Positions 42,703 through 56,953 of a DNA stretch of 64,000 bases are shown here, one piece after another. The notes under the pieces are model-generated. The model saw only the letters and a list, made by a program, of their open reading frames with translations, ran no database searches and was not told the origin of the DNA. This DNA is from the human T2T-CHM13v2.0 reference genome, Homo sapiens. How positions within the stretch are numbered: position 1 is the stretch's first letter; each line of letters starts with the position of its first letter. The translations under genes and the position numbers were made by a program. Location of the stretch: NCBI RefSeq assembly GCF_009914755.1, contig NC_060948.1; one strand, 5' to 3'.

Positions 42703-45700
42703 ATGCACTCGAATGCAATGGAGTCGAAACTAATGGACTGGAATAGAATGGACTCGACTGGTACAGACTCCAATGGAATGGAATCGAATGGAAGGGAATC
42801 GAACGGAATGGACTCGAAGGGAAAAGACTGCAATGGAAAGGTCTCGAATGGAATGGAAATTAATGGAATGGAATGGAATCGAATGAAATGGAGTCAAAAG
42901 GAATGGAATCGAATGGCAAGAAATCGAATGTAATGGAATCGCAAGGAATTGATGTGAACGGAACGGAATGGAATGGAATCCAAAGGAATGGAATAGAATG
43001 GAATGGAATCGAATGGAAAGGACTCGAATGGAAATCACTCGAATAGAATGCAATTTAATAAAATAGGATCAAATGTAATGGAATGGAATGGAAAGGAATC
43101 GAAACGAAAGGAATGGAGACAGATGGAATGGAATGGAACAGAGAGCAATGGTATAGAATGGAATGGAATCATCTGGAATGGAATTGAATGGAATGGAATA
43201 ATATGAAATGGAATGGAATGGAATGGAATGGAATGCCCTTGAATTAAATGGACTGGAATGGACTGGACTCGAACAGAGTGGAATGGAAAGTGTTGAGATA
43301 GAATGGAATGGACTCGTTTGGAATGGTCTAGTATGCAATGCAATCGACTGGCAGGGAATCAAAAGGAATGTAATCGAATGGATTGGACTGGAATGCAATG
43401 GACTCGAATAGATTGGAAACGGAATGCAAAGGAATGGAATGGAATAGTATGGAATGGAATGGAAAGGAATGGAGTGGAATAGACTAGAGTGGAATGGAAT
43501 GGACTGGAAAGCAATGGACTGGAATGGAACTTTCTTGAATGGACTGGAATCAAACGGAATGGAATGCAATGCAATCAAATGGCATGGAATAAAATAGAAT
43601 GAAAGAGAATCAAATGGAATTGAATCGAATGGAATCGAATGGATTGGAAAGGAATAGAATGGAATGGAATGGAATTGACTCAAATGGAATGGACTAGAAT
43701 GGAATGGATTCGAATGGAAGGCAAAGGAATGGAATCTATTGGAATGGACTGTAATGGAATGGAATGGAAGGGATTGGAATGGACTCGAATGGAATGGACT
43801 GCAATAGAAAGGATTCGAATGGAATGAAAAAGAATTGAATGGAATAGAACAGAATGGAATGAAATCGAATGAAATGGAATGGAATAGAAAGGAATGGAAT
43901 GAAATGGAATGGAAAGGATTCGAATGGAATGCAATCGAATGGAATGGAATCGAACGGAATGGAATAAAATGGAAGAAAACTGGCAAGAAATGGAATCGAA
44001 ATGAATGGAGTGTTATGGAACGGACTCAAAAGGAATTGAATGTAATAGAATGGAGTGGAGTGGACTCGAATATAATGGACTGGAATGGAATGAAATCACA
44101 TGGAATGGGAACGAATGGAATGGAATGGAAAGGAATGGAATCGAATGGAAAGGAATCGAATGGAAGGGAATGAAATTGAATCAACAGGAATGGAAGGGAA
44201 TAGAATAGACGGTAATGGAATGGACTCGAATAGAATGGACACGAATGCTCAAATTGAATGGACTCGAATGGAATGGAAACGAAAGGAATGTCATCGAATG
44301 GAATTGAATCGATTGGAATGAAATCGCATAGAATGGAGTGGAAGCAAATGGAATTGAATCGAAAGGAAAGGAAGCGAATGGACTGAAATGAAATGGAATG
44401 GAATTGAATGGAAAGTAATGCAATGGAATAGAATGGAACGAAATTTCACGGAATGGAATCAAACTGAATGGAATCAAATCAATCGAATCAAATCAAATGG
44501 AATGGAAAGGAATTGAATGGAGTAGATTGGATTGGATGGGATTGGAATGAAATGTACTGGAAAGGACTCGAATTTCATGAAACGGAATGGAATGAATTGG
44601 AACGGAATGGACTCGAATGGAATGGAATGTCATGGAATGGCATCAAATGGAATGGCATCAAATGGAATGGAATCGAATGCAATGGAATGCTATGGAATGG
44701 AATGGAATGCATTGGAATGGAATGTCCTGTAATGGAATGGATTCGAGTGGAATGGAATCGAATATAATGGAGTCGAATGAAATGGAATTGAAAAGAATGG
44801 GACCGAATACAATGGAATATACTGGAATGTAATGTAATGAACTCGAATGTAATTGACTGGAATGGAATGTACATGAATGGAATGTAATCGAATGGAAAGT
44901 AATCCAATGGAATAGAATCTAATGCAATAAAATCGACTCAGATAGAGTAGAATGTAATGGAATGGAGTGCAGTGCAATGGAATGGAATGGAATGGAATGC
45001 AATGGAATGGAATGGAATGGAATGGAATGGAATGGAATGGAATGGAATGGGATGGAATGGGATTGAATGGTATGGAATGGATAGTAATGGACTGGAATGA
45101 AATGGACTGGAAAGGAATGGACTCAAATTGAAAGGGCTCGAAAGGAATGGAGTCAAATGGAATGGTCTGGAATGGAATGAACACGAATGTAATGCAATCC
45201 AATAGAATGGAATCGAATGGCATGGAATATAAAGAAATGGAATCGAAGAGAATGGAAACAAATGGAATGCAATTGAATGGAATGGAATTGAATGGAATGG
45301 GAACGAATGGAGTGAAATTGTATGCAGTAGAAGGGAATAGAATGGAATGTAAGCGAAAGGAAAGGAATGGATTGGAATGGAATGGAATTCATTGGAATGG
45401 AAGGGAATGTAGTGTAATGGACAGGCCTGGAATAAAGTGGAATGCTACGGTCTCGAATGGAATAAAAATGTATGGAATGGAATGCAAAGAAACGGAATCG
45501 AATGTCATAGAATGTAATGGAATGCAAAAAAATGGAATCCAAAATCATTGACTGGAAAGGCTGGGTGTCGAAAGGAATTGACTCCAATGGAATGGAATCG
45601 AATGGAATGGAAGTGAATAGAATCGAACTAAATCGAATGGAATGGAATTGATAGGAACGGAATGGAAAGGAATGCAATGATTTGGCATGGAATGGAATCG

Positions 45701-46286
45701 AATGGCATCGAATGGAATGGAATGGAATGCAATGGAATGGAATGTATTAGAATGTAATGAACTTTAATGGAATGTACTCGAATGGATTCGACTGGAATGG
45801 AATGTTCTGGAAGTGAATGGACTCCAATGGAATGGATTCAAAAGGAATGGAATCGTACGGAATGGAATCTAATGGAATGGAATTAAATGGAAATGAATCA
45901 AATTGAATAGCACGGAATTGAATTGAATGGAATGGAATGGAATGCAATGGAATCTAATGAAACGGAAAGGAAAGGAATGGAATGGAATGGAATGGGCTGG
46001 AATGGAAAGGAATCGAAACGAATGGAATGGAATCGAACTGAAGAGACTGGAATGGAATGCACTGGAATGGAAGGGAGTGTAATGGAAGGTTCTCGAAAAA
46101 AATGGAATCGAATGGAATGGAATTGAATGGAACGGAATAGAGTCGAATGGAATTGAATGGAATGGAATGGACTAGAGTGAAATGGAATCGAACCACAAGG
46201 AATGGACAGGAATAGAATGGTCTCGAATTGAATGGAATCGTATGGAATGGCATCAAACGGAATGGAATGGACAGCCACGGAATGGA
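42703..46286 (+). repeat. DYZ1 unit 13 (3584 bp)
   Basis: Anchors 42703/46287; tract 115; +5 at ~45935. Confidence 0.92.
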
Positions 46287-49200
46287 ATGCACTCGAATGC
46301 AATGGAGTCGAAACTAATGGACTGGAATAGAATGGACTCGACTGGTACGGACTCCAATGGAATGGAATCGAATGGAAGGGAATCGAACGGAATGGACTCG
46401 AAGGGAAAAGACTGCAATGGAAAGGTGTCGAATGGAATGGAAATTAATGGAATGGAATGGAATCGAATGAAATGGAGTCAAAAGGAATGGAATCGAATGG
46501 CAAGAAATCGAATGTAATGGAATCGCAAGGAATTGATGTGAACGGAACGGAATGGAATGGAATCCAAAGGAATGGAATAGAATGGAATGGAATCGAATGG
46601 AAAGGACTCGAATGGAAATCACTCGAATAGAATGCAATTTAATAAAATAGGATCAAATGTAATGGAATGGAATGGAAAGGAATCCAAACGAAAGGAATGG
46701 AGACAGATGGAATGGAATGGAACAGAGAGCAATGGTATAGAATGGAATGGAATCATCTGGAATGGAATTGAATGGAATGGAATAATATGAAATGGAATGG
46801 AATGGAATGGAATGGAATGCCCTTGAATTAAATGGACTGGAATGGAATGGACTCGAACAGAGTGGAATGGAAAGTGTTGAGATAGAATGGAATGGACTCC
46901 TTTGAAATGGTGTAGTATGCAATGCAATCGACTGGCAGGGAATCAAAAGGAATGTAATCGAATGGATTGGACTGGAATGCAATGGACTCGAATAGATTGG
47001 AAACGGAATGCAAAGGAATGGAATGGAATAGTATGGAATGGAATGGAAAGGAATGGAGTGGAATAGACTAGAGTGGAATGGAATGGACTGGAAAGCAATG
47101 GACTGGAATGGAACTTTCTTGAATGGACTGGAATCAAACGGAATGGAATGCAATGCAATCAAATGGCATGGAACAAAATAGAATGAAAGAGAATCAAATG
47201 GAATTGAATCGAATGGAATCGAATGGATTGGAAAGGAATAGAATGGAATGGAATGGAATTGACTCAAATGGAATGGACTAGAATGGAATGGATTCGAATG
47301 GAAGGCAAAGGAATGGAATCTATTGGAATGGACTGTAATGGAATGGAATGGAAGGGATTGGAATGGACTCGAATGGAATGGACTGCAATAGAAAGGATTC
47401 GAATGGAATGAAAAAGAATTGAATGGTATAGAACAGAATGGAATCAAATCGAATGAAATGGAATGGAATAGAAAGGAATGGAATGAAATGGAATGGAAAG
47501 GATTCGAATGGAATGCAATCGAATGGAATGGAATCGAACGGAATGGAATAAAATGGAAGAAAACTGGCAAGAAATGGAATCGAAATGAATGGAGTGTTAT
47601 GGAACGGACTCAAAAGGAATTGAATGTAATAGAATGGAGTGGAGTGGACTCGAATATAATGGACTGGAATGGAATGAAATCACATGGAATGGGAACGAAT
47701 GGAATGGAATGGAAAGGAATGGAATCGAATGGAAAGGAATCGAATGGAAGGGAATGAAATTGAATCAACAGAAATGGAAGGGAATAGAATAGACGGTAAT
47801 GGAATGGACTCGAATAGAATGGACACGAATGCTCAAATTGAATGGACTCGAATGGAATGGAAACGAAAGGAATGTCATCGAATGGAATTGAATCGATTGG
47901 AATGAAATCGCATAGAATGGAGTGGAATCAAATGGAATTGAATCGAAAGGAAAGGAAGCGAATGGACTGAAATGAAATGGAATGGAATTGAATGGAAAGT
48001 AATGCAATGGAATAGAATGGAACGAAATTTCACGGAATGGAATCAAACTGAATGGAATCAAATCAATGGAATCAAATCAAATGGAATGGAAAGGAATTGA
48101 ATGGAGTAGATTGGATTGGATGGGATTGGAATGAAATGTATTGGAAAGGACTCGAATTTCATGAAACGGAATGGAATGAATTGGAACGGAATGGACTCGA
48201 ATGGAATGTAATGTCATGGAATGGCATCAAATGGAATGGCATCAAATGGAATGGAATCGAATGCAATGGAATGCTATGGAATAGAATGGAATGCATTGGA
48301 ATGGAATGTCCTCTAATGGAATGGATTCGAGTGGAATGGAATCGAATATAATGGAGTCGAATGAAATGGAATTGAAAGGAATGGGATCGAATACAATGGA
48401 ATATACTGGAATGTAATGTAATGAACTCGAATGTAATTGACTGGAATGGAATGTACATGAATGGAATGTAATCGAATGGAAAGTAATCCAATGGAATAGA
48501 ATCTAATGCAATAAAATCGACTCAGATAGAGTAGAATGTAATGGAATGGAGTGCAGTGCAATGGAATGGAATGGAATGGAATGCAATGGAATGGAATGGA
48601 TTGGAATGGAATCGAATGGAATGGGATGGGATGGAATGGTATGGAATGGATAGTAATGGACTGGAGTGAAATGGACTGGAAAGGAATGGACTCAAATTGA
48701 AAGGGCTCGAAAGGAATGGAGTCAAATGGAATGGTCTGGAATGGAATGAACACGAATGTAATGCAATCCAATAGAATGGAATCGAATGGCATGGAATATA
48801 AAGAAATGGAATCGAAGAGAATGGAAACAAATGGAATGGAATTGAATGGAATGGAATTGAATGGAATGGGAACGAATGGAGTGAAATTGTATGCAGTAGA
48901 AGGGAATAGAATGGAATGCAAGCGAAAGGAAAGGAATGGATTGGAATGGAATGGAATTCATTGGAATGGAAGGGAATGTAGTGTAATGGACAGGCCTGGA
49001 ATAAAGTGGAATGCTACGGTCTCGAATGGAATAAAAATGTATGGAATGGAATGCAATGAAACGGAATCGAATGCCATAGAATGTAATGGAATGCAAAAAA
49101 ATGGAATCCAAAATCATTGACTGGAAAGGCTGGGTGTCGAAAGGAATTGACTCCAATGGAATGGAATCGAATGGAATGGAAGTGAATAGAATCGAACTAA

Positions 49201-49850
49201 ATCGAATGGAATGGAATTGATAGGAACGGAATGGAAAGGAATGCAATGATTTGGCATGGAATGGAATCGAATGGCATCGAATGGAATGGAATGGAATGCA
49301 ATGGAATGGAATGTATTAGAATGTAATGAACTTTAATGGAATGTACTCGAATGGATTCGACTGGAATGGAATGTTCTGGAACTGAATGGACTCCAATGGA
49401 GTGGATTCAAAAGGAATGGAATCGTACGGAATGGAATCTAATGGAATGGAATTAAATGGAAATGAATCAAATTGAATAGCACGGAATTGAATTGAATGGA
49501 ATCGAATGCAATGGAATCAAATGAAACGGAAAGGAAAGGAATGGAATGGAATGGAATGGGCTGGAATGGAAAGGAATCGAAACGAATGGAATGGAATCGA
49601 ACTGAAGAGACTGGAATGGAATGCACTGGAATGGAAGGGAGTGTAATGGAAGGTTCTCGAAAAAAATGGAATCGAATGGAATGGAATTGAATGGAACGGA
49701 ATAGAGTCGAATGGAATTGAATGGAATGGAATGGACTAGAGTGAAATGGAATCGAACCACAAGGAATGGACAGGAATAGAATGGTCTCGAATTGAATGGA
49801 ATCGTATGGAATGGCATCAAACGGAATGGAATGGACAGCCACGGAATGGA
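46287..49850 (+). repeat. DYZ1 unit 14 (3564 bp, the classical DYZ1 length)
   Basis: Anchors 46287/49851; tract 100. Confidence 0.92.
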
Positions 49851-52800
49851 ATGCACTCGAATGCAATGGAGTCGAAACTAATGGACTGGAATAGAATGGA
49901 CTCGACTAGTACGGACTCCAATGGAATGGAATCGAATGGAAGGGAATCGATCGGAATGGACTCGAAGGGAAAAGACTGCAATGGAAAGGTCTCGAATGGA
50001 ATGGAAATTAATGGAATGGAATGGAATCGAATGAAATGGAGTCAAAAGGAATGGAATCGAATGGCAAGAAATCGAATGTAATGGAATCGCAAGGAATTGA
50101 CGTGAACGGAACGGAATGGAATGGAATCCAAAGGAATGGAATAGAATGGAATGGAATCGAATGGAAAGGACTCGAATGGAAATCACTCGAATAGAATGCA
50201 ATTTAATAAAATAGGATCAAATGTAATGGAATGGAATGGAAAGGAATGGAAACGAAAGGAATGGAGACAGATGGAATGGAATGGAACAGAGAGCAATGGT
50301 ATAGAATGGAATGGAATCATCTGGAATGGAATTGAATGGAATGGAATAATATGAAATGGAATGGAATGGAATGGAATGGAATGCCCTTGAATTAAATGGA
50401 CTGGAATGGAATGGACTCGAACAGAGTGGAATGGAAAGTGTTGAGATAGAATGGAATGGACTCCTTTGGAATGGTGTAGTATGCAATGCAATCGACTGGC
50501 AGGGAATCAAAAGGAATGTAATCGAATGGATTGGACTGGAATGCAATGGACTCGAATAGATTGGAAACGGAATGCAAAGGAATGGAATGGAATAGTATGG
50601 AATGGAATGGAAAGGAATGGAGTGGAATAGACTAGAGTGGAATGGAATGGACTGGAAAGCAATGGACTGGAATGGAACTTTCTTGAATGGACTGGAATCA
50701 AACGGAATGGAATGCAATGCAATCAAAAGGCATGGAATAAAATAGAATGAAAGAGAATCAAATGGAATTGAATCGAATGGAATCGAATGGATTGGAAAGG
50801 ATTAGAATGGAATGGAATGGAATTGACTCAAATGGAATGGACTAGAATGGAATGGATTCGAATGGAAGGCAAAGGAATGGAATCTATTGGAATGGACTGT
50901 AATGGAATGGAATGGAAGGGATTGGAATGGACTCGAATGGAATGGACTGCAATAGAAAGGATTCGAATGGAATGAAAAAGAATTGAATGGAATAGAACAG
51001 AATGGAATCAAATCGAATGAAATGGAATGGAATAGAAAGGAATGGAATGAAATGGAATGGAAAGGATTCGAATGGAATGCAATCGAATGGAATGGAATCG
51101 AACGGAATGGAATAAAATGGAAGAAAACTGGCAAGAAATGGAATCGAAATGAACGGAGTGTTATGGAACGGACTCAAAAGGAATTGAATGTAATAGAATG
51201 GAGTGGAGTGGACTCGAATATAATGGACTGGAATGGAATGAAATCACATGGAATGGGAACGAATGGAATGGAATGGAAAGGAATGGAATCGAATGGAAAG
51301 GAATCGAATGGAAGGGAATGAAATTGAATCAACAGGAATGGAAGGGAATAGAATAGACGGTAATGGAATGGACTCGAATAGAATGGACACGAATGCTCAA
51401 ATTGAATGGACTCGAATGGAATGGAAACGAAAGGAATGTCATCGAATGGAATTGAATCGATTGGAATGAAATCGCATAGAATGGAGTGGAATCAAATGGA
51501 ATTGAATCGAAAGGAAAGGAAGCGAATGGACTGAAATGAAATGGAATGGAATTGAATGGAAAGTAATGCAATGGAATAGAATGGAACGAAATTTCACGGA
51601 ATGGAATCAAACTGAATGGAATCAAATCAATAGAATCAAATCAAATGGAATGGAAAGGAATTGAATGGAGTAGATTGGATTGGATGGGATTGGAATGAAA
51701 TGTACTGGAAAGGACTCGAATTTCACAAAACGGAATGGAATGAATTGGAACGGAATGGACTCGAATGGAATGGAATGTCATGGAATGGCATCAAATGGAA
51801 TGGCATCAAATGGAATGGAATCGAATGCAATGGAATGCTATGGAATGGAATGGAATGCATTGGAATGGAATGTCCTCTAATGGAATGGATTCGAGTGGAA
51901 TGGAATCGAATATAATGGAGTCGAATGAAATGGAATTGAAAGGAATGGGATCGAATAAAATGGAATATACTGGAATGTAATGTAATGAACTCGAATGTAA
52001 TTGACTGGAATGGAATGTACATGAATGGAATGTAATCGAATGGAAAGTAATCCAATGGAATAGAATCTAATGCAATAAAATCGACTCAGATAGAGTAGAA
52101 TGTAATGGAATGGAGTGCAGTGCAATGGAATGGAATGGAATGGAATGCAATGGAATGGAATGGAATGGAATGGAATGGAATGGAATGGAATGTGATGGGA
52201 TGGAATGGTATGGAATGGATAGTAATGGACTGGAGTGAAATGGACTGGAAAGGAATGGACTCAAATTGAAAGGGCTCGAAAGGAATGGAGTCAAATGGAA
52301 TGGTCTGGAATGGAATGAACACGAATGTAATGCAATCCAATAGAATGGAATCGAATGGCATGGAATATAAAGAAATGGAATCGAAGAGAATGGAAACAAA
52401 TGGAATGGAATTGAATGGAATGGAATTGAATGGAATGGGAACGAATGGAGTGAAATTGTATGCAGTAGAAGGGAATAGAATGGAATGCAAGCGAAAGGAA
52501 AGGAATGGATTGGAATGGAATGGAATTCATTGGAATGGAAGGGAATGTAGTGTAATGGACAGGCCTGGAATAAAGTGGAATGCTACGGTCTCGAATGGAA
52601 TAAAAATGTATGGAATGGAATGCAATGAAACGGAATCGACTGTCATAGAATGTAATGGAATGCAAAAAAATGGAATCCAAAATCATTGACTGGAAAGGCT
52701 GGGTGTCGAAAGGAATTGACTCCAATGGAATGGAATCGAATGGAATGGAAGTGAATAGAATCGAACTAAATCGAATGGAATGGAATTGATAGGAACGGAA

Positions 52801-53419
52801 TGGAAAGGAATGCAATGATTTGGCATGGAATGGAATCGAATGGCATCGAATGGAATGGAATGGAATGCAATGGAATGGAATGTATTAGAATGTAATGAAC
52901 TTTAATGGAATGTACTCGAATGGATTCGACTGGAATGGAATGTTCTGGAAGTGAATGGACTCCAATGGAATGGATTCAAAAGGAATGGAATCGTACGGAA
53001 TGGAATCTAATGGAATGGAATTAAATGGAAATGAATCAAATTGAATAGCACGGAATTGAATTGAATGGAATGGAATGCAATGGAATCTAATGAAACGGAA
53101 AGGAAAGGAATGGAATGGAATGGAATGGGCTGGAATGGAAAGGAATCGAAACGAATGGAATGGAATCGAAGTGAAGAGACTGGAATGGAATGCACTGGAA
53201 TGGAAGGGAGTGTAATGGAAGGTTCTCGAAAAAAATGGAATCGAATGGAATGGAATTGAATGGAACGGAATAGAGTCGAATGGAATTGAATGGAATGGAA
53301 TGGACTAGAGTGAAATGGAATCGAACCACAAGGAATGGACAGGAATAGAATGGTCTCGAATTGAATGGAATCGTATGGAATGGCATCAAACGGAATGGAA
53401 TGGACAGCCACGGAATGGA
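49851..53419 (+). repeat. DYZ1 unit 15 (3569 bp)
   Basis: Anchors 49851/53420; tract 105. Confidence 0.92.
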
Positions 53420-56400
53420 ATGCACTCGAATGCAATGGAGTCGAAACTAATGGACTGGAATAGAATGGACTCGACTGGTACGGACTCCAATGGAATGGAA
53501 TCGAATGGAAGGGAATCGAACGGAATGGACTCGAAGGGAAAAGACTGCAATGGAAAGGTCTCGAATGGAATGGAAATTAATGGAATGGAATCGAATGAAA
53601 TGGAGTCAAAAGGAATGGAATCGAATGGCAAGAAATCGAATGTAATGGAATCGCAAGGAATTGATGTGAACGGAACGGAATGGAATGGAATCCAAAGGAA
53701 TGGAATACAATGGAATGGAATCGAATGGAAAGGACTCGAATGGAAATCACTCGAATAGAATGCAATTTAATAAAATAGGATCAAATGTAATGGAATGGAA
53801 TGGAAAGGAATCGAAACGAAAGGAATGGAGACAGATGGAATGGAATGGAACAGAGAGCAATGGTATAGAATGGAATGGAATCATCTGGAATGGAATTGAA
53901 TGGAATGGAATAATATGAAATGGAATGGAATGGAATGGAATGGAATGCCCTTGAATTAAATGGACTGGAATGGAATGGACTCGAACAGAGTGGAATGGAA
54001 AGCGTTGAGATAGAATGGAATGGACTCCTTTGGAATGGTGTAGTATGCAATGCAATCGACTGGCAGGGAATCAAAAGGAATGTAATCGAATGGATTGGAC
54101 TGGAATGCAATGGACTCGAATAGATTGGAAACGGAATGCAAAGGAATGGAATGGAATAGTATGGAATGGAATGGAAAGGAATGGAGTGGAATAGACTAGA
54201 GTGGAATGGAATGGACTGGAAAGCAATGGACTGGAATGGAACTTTCTTGGATGGACTGGAATCAAACGGAATGGAATGCAATGCAATCAAATGGCATGGA
54301 ATAAAATAGAATGAAAGAGAATCAAATGGAATTGAATCGAATGGAATCGAATGGATTGGAAAGGAATAGAATGGAATGGAATGGAGTTGACTCAAATGGA
54401 ATGGACTAGAATGGAATGGATTCGAATGGAAGGCAAAGGAATGGAATCTATTGGAATGGACTGTAATGGAATGGAATGGAAGGGATTGGAATGGACTCGA
54501 ATGGAATGGACTGCAATAGAAAGGATTCGAATGGAATGAAAAAGAATTGAATGGAATAGAACAGAATGGAATCAAATCGAATGAAATGGAATGGAATAGA
54601 AAGGAATGGAATGAAATGGAATGGAAAGGATTCGAATGGAATGCAATCGAATGGAATGGAATCGAACGGAATGGAATAAAATGGAAAAAAACTGGCAAGA
54701 AATGGAATCGAAATGAATGGAGTGTTATGGAACGGACTCAAAAGGAATTGAATGTAATAGAATGGAGTGGAGTGGACTCGAATATAATGGACTGGAATGG
54801 AATGAAATCACATGGAATGGGAACGAATGGAATGGAATGGAAAGGAATGGAATCGAATGGAAAGGAATCGAATGGAAGGGAATGAAATTGAATCAACAGG
54901 AATGGAAGGGAATAGAATAGACGGTAATGGAATGGACTCGAATAGAATGGAAACGAATGCTCAAATTCAGGGGACTCGAATGGAATGGAAACGAAAGGAA
55001 TGACATCGAATGGAATTGAATCGATTGGAATGAAATCACATAGAATGGAGTGGAATCAAATGGAATTGAATCGAAAGGAAAGGAAGCGAATGGACTGAAA
55101 TGAAATGGAATGGAATTGAATGGAAAGTAATGCAATGGAATAGAATGGAACGAAATTTCACGGAATGGAATCAAACTGAATGGAATCAAATCAATGGAAT
55201 CTAATCAAATGGAATGGAAAGGAATTGAATGGAGTAGATTTGATTGGATGGGATTGGAATGAAATGTATTGGAAAGGACTCGAATTTCATGAAACGGAAT
55301 GGAATGAATTGGAACGGAATGGACTCGAATGGAATGGAATGTCATGGAATGGCATCAAATGGAATGGCATCAAATGGAATGGAATCGAATGCAATGGAAT
55401 GCTGTGGAATGGAATGGAATGCATTGGAATGGAATGTCCTCTAATGGAATGGATTCGAGTGGAATGGAATCGAATATAATGGAGTCGAATGAAATGGAAT
55501 TGAAAGGAATGGGATCGAATAGAATGGAATATGCTGGAATGTAATGTAATGAACTCGAATGTAATTGACTGGAATGGAATGTACATGAATGGAATGTAAT
55601 CGAATGGAAAGTAATCCAATGGAATAGAATCTAATGCAATAAAATCGACTCAGATAGAGTAGAATGTAATGGAATGGAGTGCAGTGCAATGGAATGGAAT
55701 GGAATTGAATGCAATGGAATGGAATGGAGTGGAATGGAATGGAATGGGATGGAATGGTATGGAATGGATAGTAATGGACTGGAGTGAAATGGACTGGAAA
55801 GGAATGGACTCAAATTGAAAGGGCTCGAAAGGAATGGAGTCAAATGGAATGGTCTGGAATGGAATGAACACGAATGTAATGCAATCCAATAGAATGGAAT
55901 CGAATGGCATGGAATATAAAGAAATGGAATCGAAGAGAATGGAAACAAATGGAATGGAATTGAATGGAATGGGAACGAATGGAGTGAAATTGTATGCAGT
56001 AGAAGGGAATAGAATGGAATGCAAGCGAAAGGAAAGGAATGGATTGGAATGGAATGGAATTCATTGGAATGGAAGGGAATGTAGTGTAATGGACAGGCCT
56101 GGAATAAAGTGGAATGCTACGGTCTCGAATGGAATAAAAATGTATGGAATGCAATGCAATGAAACGGAATCGAATGTCATAGAATGTAATGGAATGCAAA
56201 AAAATGGAATCCAAAATCATTGACTGGAAAGGCTGGGTGTCGAAAGGAATTGACTCCAATGGAATGGAATCGAATGGAATGGAAGTGAATAGAATCGAAC
56301 TAAATCGAATGGAATGGAATTGATAGGAACGGAATGGAAAGGAATGCAATGATTTTGCATGGAATGGAATCGAATGGCATCGAATGGAATGGAATGGAAT

Positions 56401-56953
56401 GCAATGGAATGGAATGTATTAGAATGTAATGAACTTTAATGGAATGTACTCGAATGGATTCGACTGGAATGGAATGTTCTGGAAGTGAATGGACTCCAAT
56501 GGAATGGATTCAAAAGGAATGGAATCGTACGGAATGGAATCTAATGGAATGGAATTAAATGGAAGTGAATCAAATTGAATAGCACGGAATTGAATTGAAT
56601 GGAATGGAATGTAATGGAATCTAATGAAACGGAAAGGAAAGGAATGGAATGGAATGGAATGGGCTGGAATGGAAAGGAATCGAAACGAATGGAATGGAAT
56701 CGAACTGAAGAGACTGGAATGGAATGCACTGGAATGGAAGGGAGTGTAATGGAAGGTTCTCGAAAGAAATGGAATCGAATGGAATGGAATTGAATGGAAC
56801 GGAATAGAGTCGAATGGAATTGAATGGAATGGAATGGACTAGAGTGAAATGGAATCGAACCACAAGGAATGGACAGGAATAGAATGGTCTCGAATTGAAT
56901 GGAATCGTATGGAATGGCATCAAACGGAATGGAATGGACAGCCACGGAATGGA
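53420..56953 (+). repeat. DYZ1 unit 16 (3534 bp)
   Basis: Anchors 53420/56954; tract 90; -5 at ~53585; -15 at ~55960. Confidence 0.92.
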
